Assembly (NCBI RefSeq): GCF_900232105.1 | Contig: NZ_LT934425.1 | Span: 1,620,001 to 1,652,000, forward strand | DNA length: 32,000 bases | DNA from: Candidatus Kuenenia stuttgartensis | Lineage (GTDB): Bacteria; Planctomycetota; Brocadiia; Brocadiales; Brocadiaceae | Reading direction: 5' to 3' | Shown here: one piece after another, positions 17,268 to 27,877 of the stretch | Position numbering within the stretch: position 1 is the first letter of the stretch | Layout of the letters: each line of letters begins with the position of its first letter | Notes under the pieces: generated by a model | What the model was told of the DNA's origin: nothing | Databases searched by the model: none | Seen by the model: the letters and a program-made list of their open reading frames with translations, nothing else | Translations under genes and position numbers: made by a program

Positions 17268-19223
17268 ATGATTCGTTTTCATAACGTTTGTCTGAATTTT
17301 GGCTCTACCGTCATTTTTGACGAGCTTTCTCTGCAAATTCGATTGAACGACCGCATTGGATTAATCGGACCCAATGGCGCGGGCAAATCCACATTTTTCA
17401 AGCTCATCTGCAAATATATTGAACCCTCTTCCGGGAGTATTATTTATGCGAAAGGCGTGAAAACAGGATACCTGCCTCAGGAATGTTTTGCGTTCAGCAA
17501 AAAAACTGTTTTTGAGGAGGCGGGTTCCGTCTTTGAAGACATTCACCATTTGAACCGGCAAATAGATGCGGTACATAAAGACCTTGACAGCCCTTCCCTT
17601 ACCGATGAAGACCGCCAGCTACTCCTTGACCGGCACACACACCTGCTACATCAGTTATCGGTGGTGAACGCAAACAAAATGAATGCTGAAATTGAAAAGG
17701 TATTAAAAGGCATCGGTTTTAAGGACGCCGATTTCAGGAAAGATATTGACGCCCTGAGCGGTGGGTGGCGGATGCGTGTTGCCTTAGCCAGGCTGTTGCT
17801 GCAAGAACCGGATATCCTGCTTCTGGACGAACCCACAAACCATCTTGACGTTGATTCTATTCTCTGGCTTGAGCAGTACCTTAAGGAATTAAACGGGGGG
17901 TTGATTATTATTTCCCATGACAGGGCTTTTTTAGACCGGAATGTTTCTGGTATCTGGGAGCTTGAGAAGGGGAATATCACTGAATATCACGGCAATTATT
18001 CTTTTTATGAAACCGAAAAAGAAAAAAGGAGTGGGCTGCAAACTTCACGCTATGTCAATCAACAGAAGAAAATTAAAGAAGTAGAAAGATTTATCGAGCG
18101 ATTTCGGTCAAAAAATACAAAGGCGTCACAGGTACAGAGCCGAATCAAAATGCTTGGAAAAATGGAAAAAGAGACCTTGCCTGAAAACACGGTTCACAGG
18201 GTTACCTTCAGGTTCCCTCCTGCAAAACAAAGCGGTGCAAGCGTCCTTGAAGTGAAAGACGTTTCCTGCAAATATGCAGATCAATGGGTATTTCAGGGAG
18301 TTTGCCTTTCCATAGAACGGGGAGAAAAGGTTGCGCTCGTAGGGCAAAACGGCTCTGGAAAATCCTCATTATTACGCATTATAAACCGTTTGCATACGCC
18401 CCAAAGCGGTACTGCCACTTTCGGACACAATGTGCTCGCTGACTATTTTGCACAGGAAACCGCGGAAAGCCTCCAGGGTGACAATACGGTATTGGAGGAA
18501 GTCGAATCCATTGCTCCGTTTTCTATGATGCCGCACGTAAGACACCTTCTGGGGGCATTTCTCTTCTCCGGAGATGACGTGTTTAAAACGGTAAACGTTT
18601 TAAGCGGCGGAGAAAAATCGCGTCTGTGCCTTGCAAAAACTCTTTTAAAACCAACGAATTTCCTCGTGCTGGATGAACCCACAAATCATATTGATATCAC
18701 TACCAAAAAAGTACTCAAAGAGGCGTTACTGAATTACCCGGGAAGTCTTTTAATTGTTTCCCACGACAGAGACTTTCTGGACGGACTCGTTTCAAAGGTT
18801 TATGAACTGAAAGAGGGAAATCTTTTCATTCATCTGGGCAGTTTTAAGGATTTCTTAGAAAAAAGAGAGGCGGAATTACGGTCAGGAACACATAAAACGG
18901 CGGGACAGGAAGCGCCAGAATTAAAATCTTCAGGGATAACCACTCAAAAGCAGATATTTTTACAAAAAAAGGAACAAAACGCTAAAAGAAGAAAGTTCAC
19001 AAAAGAACTTCAAAAAATCGAGGAAAGAATCTCCTACCTTGAAACGCAAAAAAAAGAACTTGACCAAACCCTTTTAGATACCGAATTATATAATGACAAG
19101 GAAAGGCATATTATCATCAATAAACAACATAAATCAGTTTCCGCAGAGTTAAACGACCTTTATAAGAAATGGGAGGTCTTACACACCGAATTGGGAGCTG
19201 TAGATGCAGGGATAGCCGTGTAA
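17268..19223 (+). CDS. ABC-F family ATP-binding protein
   Basis: 651 aa with two ABC domains: GPNGAGKST and LSGGWRMRVALARLLLQEPDILLLDEPTNHLD in the first; GQNGSGKSS and LSGGEKSRLCLAKTLLKPTNFLVLDEPTNHID in the second. Coiled-coil C-terminus. Confidence 0.93.
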   Translation: MIRFHNVCLNFGSTVIFDELSLQIRLNDRIGLIGPNGAGKSTFFKLICKYIEPSSGSIIYAKGVKTGYLPQECFAFSKKTVFEEAGSVFEDIHHLNRQIDAVHKDLDSPSLTDEDRQLLLDRHTHLLHQLSVVNANKMNAEIEKVLKGIGFKDADFRKDIDALSGGWRMRVALARLLLQEPDILLLDEPTNHLDVDSILWLEQYLKELNGGLIIISHDRAFLDRNVSGIWELEKGNITEYHGNYSFYETEKEKRSGLQTSRYVNQQKKIKEVERFIERFRSKNTKASQVQSRIKMLGKMEKETLPENTVHRVTFRFPPAKQSGASVLEVKDVSCKYADQWVFQGVCLSIERGEKVALVGQNGSGKSSLLRIINRLHTPQSGTATFGHNVLADYFAQETAESLQGDNTVLEEVESIAPFSMMPHVRHLLGAFLFSGDDVFKTVNVLSGGEKSRLCLAKTLLKPTNFLVLDEPTNHIDITTKKVLKEALLNYPGSLLIVSHDRDFLDGLVSKVYELKEGNLFIHLGSFKDFLEKREAELRSGTHKTAGQEAPELKSSGITTQKQIFLQKKEQNAKRRKFTKELQKIEERISYLETQKKELDQTLLDTELYNDKERHIIINKQHKSVSAELNDLYKKWEVLHTELGAVDAGIAV

Positions 19224-19359
19224 TAATGGTTTGGCCGCAAGCTGCCCATGTTACCTTTCCGCTTTCAAACTTCCCTCGCCGGTAGAGGGAACTCTGTAGT
19301 AATGCCTCTCCGGGCGTTATGCTGCCTTGCCCGTAAAGATTCTCTGGTTCTTTTTCAGA

Positions 19360-19722
19360 TTACACAATACCTATGCCTAAATTTTTTATGAAAAGGAAGA
19401 AGATGAGTTCAAGACCACAGAGGGTTGCTGTCAAGGCAGTACACAGTATTGCATATCCAAGGAATCTTTCTTCCCTTCTAAGAAGAAAGGCATATATCAG
19501 GGTTATAATTACAAGAATTGCAGTAAATGTTTCAAGAGTGGCCACTTCGATGGTGAGCTTCTTTTTATAAAATAAGGATATTTCTTCCAGAAGGTCAAAA
19601 CCAAGGCATACGACCAGTGATACAATAGCAGGCGTAACCGTCTTGCCATGCCTTGCCTTTGCAAGTAATATAAGGGCAACAATAGCTGCTGTAAACGTGA
19701 TTAATTTAAAAATGAATTCCAT
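19360..19722 (-). CDS. Small membrane protein of unknown function
   Basis: 120 aa with several hydrophobic segments (LITFTAAIVALILLA, TFTAILVIITLIYAFLL, ALTATLCGLELIFFLFI). Confidence 0.55.
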   Translation of the reverse strand: MEFIFKLITFTAAIVALILLAKARHGKTVTPAIVSLVVCLGFDLLEEISLFYKKKLTIEVATLETFTAILVIITLIYAFLLRREERFLGYAILCTALTATLCGLELIFFLFIKNLGIGIV

Positions 19723-19825
19723 TTACATCTCCTTTCTACTGCGGTTCACTTTTTTAAAATTTGGGAATTATTATTAGCGATGCTGTTATTATGGAAGGGG
19801 TTTTTGAATCTTTGACGCTCCTTGT

Positions 19826-22642
19826 TCAGCGGAAGTCCGTCAGAACATCAGCGCACCTACCACAGAGGGTTTGAAACTCTTTGACCGTTCCAACGCTTTC
19901 CCTGTAATTCCAGCATCGTTCACATTTTTTATGTTGTGATACGTCACATTCAATCCAAATATCTTGTGTTAACTCCCCTTTTACCGCATTTTTGCCAATG
20001 CCATTGCGGCGTACCTTTACTTCCGATACGATAAATAATGCCGGCAGGTCGTTTTCATATTTTATGAGAAATTTGTAACGGTCTTCATTTTCGGTAAAAA
20101 GGGACACCGATGCCTCTAATGAATTACCAATGGCTTTTGCCGCACGCATTTTTTCCAGTTCTTTCGCCACATCGGTACGGATATTTATCAGATTTTCCCA
20201 ATTTTGATTTAACGAAGCATCAGTCCATGCAGGATTACATTTTGGAAATGTTGTTAAATGAATACTCCAAAGGTCTTCATCCTTAAATTCAATATTTGAC
20301 CAGACTTCTTCAGCCGTGTGAACGATGATGGGAGCGGAGAGTTTTACCAGGGTAAGTAAAATGGTGTGGAGGGCAGTTTGTGCCGCACGTCGTTCCCTCG
20401 AGTCTTTCGCAAAGGTATAGAGACGATCTTTTAAAATATCGAGATAAAACGAACTCATTTCTACCGCGCAAAAGTTGTGGATGCTATGAAATACCTTGTG
20501 AAACTGTAAGGTTTCGTAATTAACAGTAATCTGTTTTATCAATTCCTGTGTTTTATGTATTGCCCAGCGGTCAATCTCCAGCAAAGCATCGTGAGGTATG
20601 GCGTTTTCGTGTGGATTAAAATCGTAAAGATTACTGAGTAAATATCTGAAGGTATTGCGAATGCGTCGGTACGCATCTGAACATCTGTTGATTAAATTGC
20701 GGGATACCCCCATGTCGTGCTGATAATCCATGGAAGATGTCCATAATCTCAGTATATCCGCTCCAAATTCCTTTAAAATATCCTCTACGGAAATAAAATT
20801 CCCGATAGATTTTGACATCTTTTCGCCCATTTCATCAACGACAAATCCATGTGTCAAAACGGATTTAAAGGGCGCCTTTCCCCATGCACCGACTGAAGGA
20901 ATAAGTGAAAGCTGAAACCATCCGCGATGCTGATCGGTTCCCTCCAGGTAAAGGTCGGCAGGATATTCTAATTCTGATCGTTTTCTTAATACGGAATTGT
21001 GGCTTGAGCCGGATTCAAACCATACGTCAAAGATATCCATTTCTTTTTCAAAATGAACGCTTCCGCATTTTTTACATTGAGCATCCTGGGACAGGAAATG
21101 AGATGCATCCTTAAAAAACCATGCATCCGCTCCTTCCGCTTCAAATTTGTCCCGCACAAAGAAAATAGTCTTTGCGTCAATGTGTTCTTGTCCGCAATTT
21201 TTACAAAAAAAGGCCGGTATCGGCACACCCCACGAACGCTGCCGCGAAATGCACCAATCGGGTCGGTCGGATACCATTTTTTCCATTCTGTTTTCACCCC
21301 ACGAAGGTATCCATTTTACGTTTTTAATTTCCTTTAAAACAGTGCTGCGTAAATTATTGTGGTCGAGATTAACAAACCACTGCTCCGTGGCCCTGAATAT
21401 TACGGGGTTTTTGCAACGCCAGCAATGGGGGTATGAGTGGGTTATATTTGTTTTCTGAAGAAGCGCTCCGACTGCATCAAGTTTATTAATTATAGAGGTA
21501 TTGCCTTCTATAATGTTTTGACCGGCAAATTCACCTGCTTCACCCGTGAAGACGCCTTCAGCATTAACGGGACTCAGAACAGGCAAATGGTATTTAATGC
21601 CCGTAATAAAATCTTCCTGACCGTGCCCCGGCGCTATATGAACACAACCCGTGCCGTCAGATAAAGTAACATAATCTGCCATGACGACAAAACCCGTTCT
21701 ATCCATGAAAGCATGTTGATATTTTACCCCCTCCAGCTCGATCCCCTTTACTGTACCAAGTTTTTTAAAGTCTTTTATGCCCAATGATTGCAGTACTTCA
21801 TCGATACGGCCATCAGCCAGTAAGGAAACCTCTTTTTTATTTGTTTTGGGGTGAAAATAACGGATTGCCGTGTAATCGTAACCAGGGTGTAGTGCTATTG
21901 CCAGATTTGCCGGTAGTGTCCACGGTGTAGTTGTCCAGATCATTAAAGAAACACCTTCGTTCCCGTCATCAGGGAAAAAGTTTTTAAGCGTGTCCTTTAT
22001 CTTAAAATGTACGTAGACGGAAGGGCTTGTTTTGTCATGGTATTCAAGTTCCGCCTCTGCGAGGGCAGTAGCGCAACGTGTACACCAATGGATAGGTTTT
22101 CTGCTCCTGTATACGTAACCGTTTTCAACGAGTTTTGCAAATACCTCAATAACGCCCGCTTCGTACGCGGGGGTGAAGGTAAGATATGGATGTTCCCAGT
22201 CTCCGAGTACACCTAGCGCCTTGAATTGTTTTTTTTGAATAGTGACGAATTTCTCCGCATATTTTTTACATTTTTTGCGTATTTCCGTCTTTGTGAGATG
22301 TTTAACTTCACTTCCAACCTCTTGCATAACTCGATGTTCAATAGGAAGCCCATGGCAATCCCACCCTGGAACGTAAGGGGCATCGTATCCCTCCATCGTG
22401 AAAAAACGCACAATAAAGTCTTTTAATATTTTATTCAACCCCGTTCCAATGTGTAATTCACCCGTAGGATAGGGAGGGCCGTCGTGCAGTATATATTTTT
22501 TCTTATTTGTTCGTGCTGCGCGAATTTGTTCATAGAGCACGTCCTTTTCCCATTTTTTCTGAATAAGAGGCTCTTTTTCGAGTAAATTTGCTTTCATTGA
22601 AAACTTGGTAGCAGGCAGGTTAAGTGTTTTTTTATAATCCAT
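19826..22642 (-). CDS. ileS: Isoleucyl-tRNA synthetase
   Basis: 938 aa: DGPPYPTGELHIGTGLNKILKDFIVRF, YVPGWDCHGLPIE, KMSKSIGN and a C-terminal CxxC zinc motif (CERCW...CGRCADVL). Confidence 0.97.
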   Translation of the reverse strand: MDYKKTLNLPATKFSMKANLLEKEPLIQKKWEKDVLYEQIRAARTNKKKYILHDGPPYPTGELHIGTGLNKILKDFIVRFFTMEGYDAPYVPGWDCHGLPIEHRVMQEVGSEVKHLTKTEIRKKCKKYAEKFVTIQKKQFKALGVLGDWEHPYLTFTPAYEAGVIEVFAKLVENGYVYRSRKPIHWCTRCATALAEAELEYHDKTSPSVYVHFKIKDTLKNFFPDDGNEGVSLMIWTTTPWTLPANLAIALHPGYDYTAIRYFHPKTNKKEVSLLADGRIDEVLQSLGIKDFKKLGTVKGIELEGVKYQHAFMDRTGFVVMADYVTLSDGTGCVHIAPGHGQEDFITGIKYHLPVLSPVNAEGVFTGEAGEFAGQNIIEGNTSIINKLDAVGALLQKTNITHSYPHCWRCKNPVIFRATEQWFVNLDHNNLRSTVLKEIKNVKWIPSWGENRMEKMVSDRPDWCISRQRSWGVPIPAFFCKNCGQEHIDAKTIFFVRDKFEAEGADAWFFKDASHFLSQDAQCKKCGSVHFEKEMDIFDVWFESGSSHNSVLRKRSELEYPADLYLEGTDQHRGWFQLSLIPSVGAWGKAPFKSVLTHGFVVDEMGEKMSKSIGNFISVEDILKEFGADILRLWTSSMDYQHDMGVSRNLINRCSDAYRRIRNTFRYLLSNLYDFNPHENAIPHDALLEIDRWAIHKTQELIKQITVNYETLQFHKVFHSIHNFCAVEMSSFYLDILKDRLYTFAKDSRERRAAQTALHTILLTLVKLSAPIIVHTAEEVWSNIEFKDEDLWSIHLTTFPKCNPAWTDASLNQNWENLINIRTDVAKELEKMRAAKAIGNSLEASVSLFTENEDRYKFLIKYENDLPALFIVSEVKVRRNGIGKNAVKGELTQDIWIECDVSQHKKCERCWNYRESVGTVKEFQTLCGRCADVLTDFR

Positions 22643-22660
22643 GATGGTTGGCGGGGTTTT

Positions 22661-22954
22661 CTATAAATTAAAATTCAATAAAGTATTTATGCTTTCAGGA
22701 GTCACGCCCTCTATCATTATTTTTTTGTCCCGGGAAGTCTTTCCAGAAATGATGTGTATAGAAGACGAATTAATATGAAATGTTTCTGCCAGCAATTCAA
22801 CTACTGCCTTGTTGGCCTTGCCCTTTTCAGGTGCTGCAGAGACCGCTAACTTCAGACGTCCTCCCAGATTCCCCACGATACGATCCTTGCCTGAACCGGC
22901 TTGCACTTTGACGAAAACAATGATACCCGTATTTGTTGCTATGATATCAAGCAC
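22661..22954 (-). CDS. DUF167 / YggU family protein
   Basis: 97 aa: VKVQAGSGKDRIVG...LKLAVSAAPEKGKANKAVVELLAETFHI...IISGKTSRDKKIMIEG. Confidence 0.9.
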   Translation of the reverse strand: MLDIIATNTGIIVFVKVQAGSGKDRIVGNLGGRLKLAVSAAPEKGKANKAVVELLAETFHINSSSIHIISGKTSRDKKIMIEGVTPESINTLLNFNL

Positions 22955-22955
22955 G

Positions 22956-23249
22956 CTAAAATATTATAGAAAATCCGTCAAATGCGTCGGAATGTTCTTC
23001 CTTATGAACTTGCATTTCTTCAACAAAAGCGCCCGCGGGGCCTTTCCAGCACCAATCGATTATTTTATCAACCGCCTCTTTTTTACCTTCAAAGACCGCC
23101 TCTACCCGGCCATCGGTACAATTCTTCACCCAACCATGTATTCCATACTCTGAGGCCTTCTCTTTTGTGGTGGCACGGAAAAACACTCCCAGAACATGGC
23201 CCCGGATATATACGTGCGCTCTAACATTTGACATAGGTGAAAAAATCAA
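22956..23249 (-). CDS. Acylphosphatase
   Basis: 97 aa (more likely start MSNVRAH): VYIRGHVLGVFFRATTKEKASEYGIHGWVKNCTDGRVEAVFEG. Confidence 0.9.
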   Translation of the reverse strand: MIFSPMSNVRAHVYIRGHVLGVFFRATTKEKASEYGIHGWVKNCTDGRVEAVFEGKKEAVDKIIDWCWKGPAGAFVEEMQVHKEEHSDAFDGFSIIF

Positions 23250-23261
23250 ACAGTTAAAGAA

Positions 23262-24128
23262 TCACTTTGCACCGTAAACATGTGCGCTATCTTCCGCCGA
23301 AGGTAAATAATTTAAACCAACGAAGGTGAAGTTTACAATACCAAAACAAACCAACAACCAGAACGATAAGATAACGGCCATCTTTGATTTGCTTACTTTC
23401 ATTTTGGGCAAAACAAGGGGGGTATGCAGATAGGCCAAATACGCAAGCCATGTAATCAAAGACCATGTCTCCTTTGGATCCCACGACCAGTAGTCTCCCC
23501 AAGCCTTTTTCGCCCATACTGCGCCGGTAACCATTCCCAAGGTAAGAAAGGGAAATCCGAAAGCAACGATTTTGTAACTCAGCTTATCAAAATTCCTAAC
23601 CGACATTTCCTTGCCGGATCCGCCGGACTTAATATCGACTTGTTTCTTAGAAAAGGGTTTTACAACCAGATATATTATGCTGGTAACAAACGCAATGCCA
23701 AAAGCGGCATATCCGAGCATATAGGTTATAACGTGTACTAACATCCAATTGCTTTTTAATGCGGGCATGATTGGTCTTATTGTGTCGTCCTGAAGGGTCG
23801 CATAAAGCAAAATAAGCATTGCAAGAACAGAGGATAATGCGCCTACCACCCTGAAATCATAAATAAATTCAAAGATTATATACACAAAGGCGGTGCAACA
23901 CGCATAAAATATAAGAGATTCGTATAGATTGGAAAACGGCGGATGCCCCGCTTCTATGGAACGTTTTAATACGAGCGTTAAGTTAAAACAAAATGCCAGG
24001 ATAAGAAGCCCTAGTGATGTCCATTTAGCAGGAACAGACATCCATATTTCTCTTACAATATAAGCGATTGCCGCTAATACATATACAATTAAAGTAAGAT
24101 TAACTATACTCATTTTCCGCCACCTCAT
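23262..24128 (-). CDS. ccsA: Cytochrome c biogenesis protein, CcsA/ResC family
   Basis: 288-aa polytopic protein with the tryptophan-rich WAKKAWGDYWSWDPKETWSLITWLAYLAYLH haem-handling motif. Confidence 0.92.
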   Translation of the reverse strand: MRWRKMSIVNLTLIVYVLAAIAYIVREIWMSVPAKWTSLGLLILAFCFNLTLVLKRSIEAGHPPFSNLYESLIFYACCTAFVYIIFEFIYDFRVVGALSSVLAMLILLYATLQDDTIRPIMPALKSNWMLVHVITYMLGYAAFGIAFVTSIIYLVVKPFSKKQVDIKSGGSGKEMSVRNFDKLSYKIVAFGFPFLTLGMVTGAVWAKKAWGDYWSWDPKETWSLITWLAYLAYLHTPLVLPKMKVSKSKMAVILSFWLLVCFGIVNFTFVGLNYLPSAEDSAHVYGAK

Positions 24129-25989
24129 TTTCTTTTTTTAGTTTTTTACGCAAAAAAGGTTTTACGTAAAATATAAATACAACGCCAACACATAATGCTG
24201 CAAAACCGGCATAAGCCACAGGAATACCGGGGTCTTTTACTATTTGCAAACCAGAATAACTCAACTTTTCAGGATCATAACTGGATTGATAAATTGCGTA
24301 ACCATCGTATTTTAAAGGGTCGTTTACCTTGATTGATTTTTCTATTATAGTCTGGTTGTTTTTTACTATCCTCAAATCACTAACGTAATGTTTAATAGAT
24401 TCCCCGGTAGATTCGTAAAGAACTGCAAAGTTATTATCTTTATACCATGTAGCGTATTTACTGTTTGCAAACAACCACTCTTCTTTTTTCCCGCGTGGTC
24501 CATTGATTCTCACGTGTATGGCTGGAGTACCCACCTGGTCAGATTTTTTGACTACATCTTGTTTTATGTTGAAAGAAGGGAAATATCTGGTAATTATTAG
24601 CTGAAGATCATTATTCGCAAACGAATACTGTTTGTTCAATTCCCACGGCATGGTTTCTAATATCTGTTTATCCTTTATGTAAACGAGTTTTTGGTTTCCG
24701 TCGGGAGCCTGACAGACCCTGATTACGTTTCTTGTCATATGCGCTTTTGCAATACCGCTACAGGAAATCTTTATGTTCTCATATTTTAAGGGATGCATCT
24801 TATCCCAATCAGGAAAACTTTCAAATATCCAGCGTTTTTCTAAGCCGTCAGGCCCTTCTATTTCAACGTGTACGGCAGGATTGTTTGCCGGCTGTTCGCT
24901 AACAGGCCTTTTGTCTCCGTAATTAAGCACATATTCCAATATTCGCAGTGAGTACTCCGATGCACCTAGTTTAAATGTCTTATTCAATTCCAGCGAATAA
25001 TCCTGAAGAATTCCGAGATCAGGAACAGAAGCCGTTATTTTTGCATCAACATTTTGTACCGTAGTTACTGCGTTATCAAATTCCTGCTTAGAAGGCAACC
25101 AGATATATTCCAGCCGCAAGTCTTGCTTCTTTTCATCATGATAATTATTTGCGTGCGCCAGTAGCCAACCTTCCGCAAGGGCTCTTTCCGACCCGAGGAG
25201 TTTAATAAAGACAGCCGGGTTATCCGGCCTGTCTGATTCATTAACAGGTTCCTGTCGTAACTCTGCGTCCGGAACATAGTCATTAATGACCACATTATAC
25301 TCTGAGCCGGGTATCCGCTGTCTTTTACCAACCTTTACCTCTAATATCTTCTGTTTATCTTTATCTTTAACATACGTTGTAAGTTGAAATTTTGGTTCAT
25401 TTTTTTCGAGGATGAAGTTGTCGAGCGCAATTGTAAAGGGCAGAGGTTTTTTAATATAATCCGTCCGGCCCATACTGTCTATTTTTTGCGTTAAAAAGTA
25501 ATCAACCGATTTCCCGATATAAACATTTACACCTCCCTTAACCCCCATCTGAAACTTAATCACCCCACCCAACAATATCAAGATCAAACTGAGATGCGTA
25601 AGCACAAAACCAGTTTGCAGAAAGGTGTTCCGCCATCTCCTTATAGTACAACATATGAGATTTGCGCACAGCATTACCAAAAGTAACGAAAACCAATGTG
25701 AATAAAAAACATTATTTAATTGTGTTATTCGAACAACCGTAGCAAGTCCATATCCATACCGTGCCGTATATTCTTCAAATGACCTTCCCTGAACAATGAA
25801 TGTTCCCAGCACACATGCAACGGCCATTAACAGGATAATTATTACGGCTAGTTTGACCGAGCAGAAAAAATCCCAGACCTTGTTTGTATCTTTTCTTTTC
25901 TTTTCTTCAGACTTGTTTACGCCTATTTTCTTTTCATCAACTATGGTTCCGTTTTTAACACGCGTCGATTTCCCTTTACTACTTTCCAT
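24100..25989 (-). CDS. Cytochrome c biogenesis protein, ResB/CcsB family
   Basis: 629 aa: FFCSVKLAVIIILLMAVACVLGTFI, FYSHWFSLLLVMLCANLICCTIRRW, LTHLSLILILLGG and a C-terminal TM segment. Confidence 0.9.
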   Translation of the reverse strand: MESSKGKSTRVKNGTIVDEKKIGVNKSEEKKRKDTNKVWDFFCSVKLAVIIILLMAVACVLGTFIVQGRSFEEYTARYGYGLATVVRITQLNNVFYSHWFSLLLVMLCANLICCTIRRWRNTFLQTGFVLTHLSLILILLGGVIKFQMGVKGGVNVYIGKSVDYFLTQKIDSMGRTDYIKKPLPFTIALDNFILEKNEPKFQLTTYVKDKDKQKILEVKVGKRQRIPGSEYNVVINDYVPDAELRQEPVNESDRPDNPAVFIKLLGSERALAEGWLLAHANNYHDEKKQDLRLEYIWLPSKQEFDNAVTTVQNVDAKITASVPDLGILQDYSLELNKTFKLGASEYSLRILEYVLNYGDKRPVSEQPANNPAVHVEIEGPDGLEKRWIFESFPDWDKMHPLKYENIKISCSGIAKAHMTRNVIRVCQAPDGNQKLVYIKDKQILETMPWELNKQYSFANNDLQLIITRYFPSFNIKQDVVKKSDQVGTPAIHVRINGPRGKKEEWLFANSKYATWYKDNNFAVLYESTGESIKHYVSDLRIVKNNQTIIEKSIKVNDPLKYDGYAIYQSSYDPEKLSYSGLQIVKDPGIPVAYAGFAALCVGVVFIFYVKPFLRKKLKKENEVAENEYS

Positions 25990-26167
25990 TATTATAAGAA
26001 CCTATAAATAAATTTTTTTAACAAATTAAACCAAACAACAAAACAGTATGATGCATTAACGAATGTTATCCTTGATATTACGAATGCAATTTTGGCTGTT
26101 TCTTAAAAAAATACGTGATCAGCAGTTTTTTTTACCCTCAAACTCAATACGTAAAAACTTACTGCCC

Positions 26168-26190
26168 TTTATGTAAATAATTTACATAAA
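26168..26190. promoter_or_regulatory. Candidate operator: perfect 11-bp palindrome upstream of the ResB/CcsA genes
   Basis: TTTATGTAAAT-a-ATTTACATAAA in an approximately 490-bp intergenic region upstream of the minus-strand ORF starting at 25989. Confidence 0.4.
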
Positions 26191-26483
26191 AACAACAAAC
26201 CAAAATCCAGCACTCAGAGTTCCAAAAAAATCAAAGAAATGGAAAATTCTTTAGGGCCAGAACCATGTGTTCGATACTTTGCATTGCGGATTGGAGATAA
26301 TGCAGCCAAATGTTTTAATGAAAAGCGGAAAGGTTTCGACGATAGCGATGGTGGAAAAAATAATCCCGCAAAAACAGCTTTTCCTTTAAAAATATCCGCA
26401 AAATATTCTCAGCATAGTTAAAAATACCCGGTTTCTGCGAATACGCATTATAGGTTCTTTCGTTCTCAATTATTGCCGGCTAG

Positions 26484-27155
26484 TTACTCACGAAACAAGG
26501 CTTCTTTTGGCGGTAAGGATGCCACTGTAGGCAAGATTAAAAATTCAACTCTCCTGTTTTCCTTTTTTCCAGCCGGAGTAGTGTTTGGTGCTATAGGACG
26601 GTTAGGTCCGAAACCAGCAATATGTATCCTTTGCTCCGGAATGTTTCCTTTTTTTGTTAAAAAATGAAAGACACTTAACGCGCGAGCAGCGGATAAATGA
26701 TGGTTAGAATCCCACAAGTGTTTTGTTTTTATAATGGGGTCGCTGTCGGTGTGCCCGTCTATTCGCAGGGAACTGGCAGGATTTTCCTCTAAAAACCTTG
26801 CCATTTTTCTTAAGGCATCCTCTCCATGCGCCTTAATGGTTGCCATTCCGGAATCAAACAGAATCATTTCCGGGAAAAGGATTACAGGCCCTTCAAAGGT
26901 ATCCCGAACAGAAACACCACCGCCAATTGATTCTGCCAGTTTTCGGAGCTTTTCCATTTCTTCTTCGCTGGCTTTGATTTTCTCTGACATTGATGTAAGC
27001 TGATTCCTGTATCTGGCGATTTCATCTGACTGATCCCTTATTGTAATTGCTTGCCGCCTGTTCAAAACCCTCAGTTCGTCCAATTCGGCACAACCCGTCA
27101 TTCCAACAAATACCGCTAAAAGGAAAAACTTTACAAACTTCCTGTATTTAGACAT
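26484..27155 (-). CDS. OmpA-family (peptidoglycan-associated) lipoprotein
   Basis: 223 aa: signal peptide with lipobox-like GMTGC, coiled coil, then ILFDSGMATIK...LRIDGHTDSDPI...LSAARALSVFHFL...GFGPNRPIAPN...NRRVEFLI. Confidence 0.9.
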   Translation of the reverse strand: MSKYRKFVKFFLLAVFVGMTGCAELDELRVLNRRQAITIRDQSDEIARYRNQLTSMSEKIKASEEEMEKLRKLAESIGGGVSVRDTFEGPVILFPEMILFDSGMATIKAHGEDALRKMARFLEENPASSLRIDGHTDSDPIIKTKHLWDSNHHLSAARALSVFHFLTKKGNIPEQRIHIAGFGPNRPIAPNTTPAGKKENRRVEFLILPTVASLPPKEALFRE

Positions 27156-27383
27156 ATTTTTTCTCCCCCGGGTTTAGTTTGAGCAAAATTAAGGATAGCA
27201 AGTACGTAACTGCCAAAAACAATAAAGGTAGACTATAACATCAGATATTATTGTTTTCAAGGGTTTTTTCCGCGAGTCATGGCAACGCCAAAGCATCTAC
27301 AAGCCTTATAAACACGCTGTGAAAACAGGATACGTTGCGGCAGGTTCGTTTTTTTACGAATACGCGCAGAGTGCATTCACAGG

Positions 27384-27767
27384 CTATTTATAAACATTTT
27401 CAGGATCAAATACCTTTTCTTCCACAACCTGAATACTATTTGTCTGTGGAATATATTCCCTGTAATAACAACTCTTATAGCCTGCATGGCATGCCGCTAC
27501 ATGTTGCTCCACCATAAAAACCAGAGAGTTGCCTTCGCAGTCGAAGTATATTCTTTTAACGGACTGAATATGCCCGGATGTTTCTCCTTTCAGCATTAAC
27601 CGATTTTGAGAACGGCGAAACACGTGGATCTTCCCAGTTTCAATGGTTTTTACCACGGCGTCTTTATTCATATAACATAGCGTAAGCGCTTTTCCGTCAG
27701 TAGCATCTGCTATGACTGCGGGGATAAGCCCCTTTTCATTAAAGTGTAATTTTTCCAGCAATTGCAT
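27384..27767 (-). CDS. hisI: Phosphoribosyl-AMP cyclohydrolase
   Basis: 127 aa: LTLCYMNKDAVVKTIETGKIHVFRRSQNRLMLKGETSGHIQSVKRIYFDCEGNSLVFMVEQHVAACHAGYKSCYY. Confidence 0.95.
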   Translation of the reverse strand: MQLLEKLHFNEKGLIPAVIADATDGKALTLCYMNKDAVVKTIETGKIHVFRRSQNRLMLKGETSGHIQSVKRIYFDCEGNSLVFMVEQHVAACHAGYKSCYYREYIPQTNSIQVVEEKVFDPENVYK

Positions 27768-27877
27768 AATGTTTTTAACACCTCCTTCTTTTTGGAATAT
27801 AATACCTTATCAGTAATTTCTTTGCACACTTCCATTCGTCAGTGCGTGCTTTTTGGCAAAATATTTAATGGTAAAAT

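Noticed and set aside
26239-26421. 60-aa plus-strand ORF in the intergenic region upstream of the ResB gene
   Set aside because: Short, no recognised family and no clear expression signals. Left as unannotated intergenic DNA.
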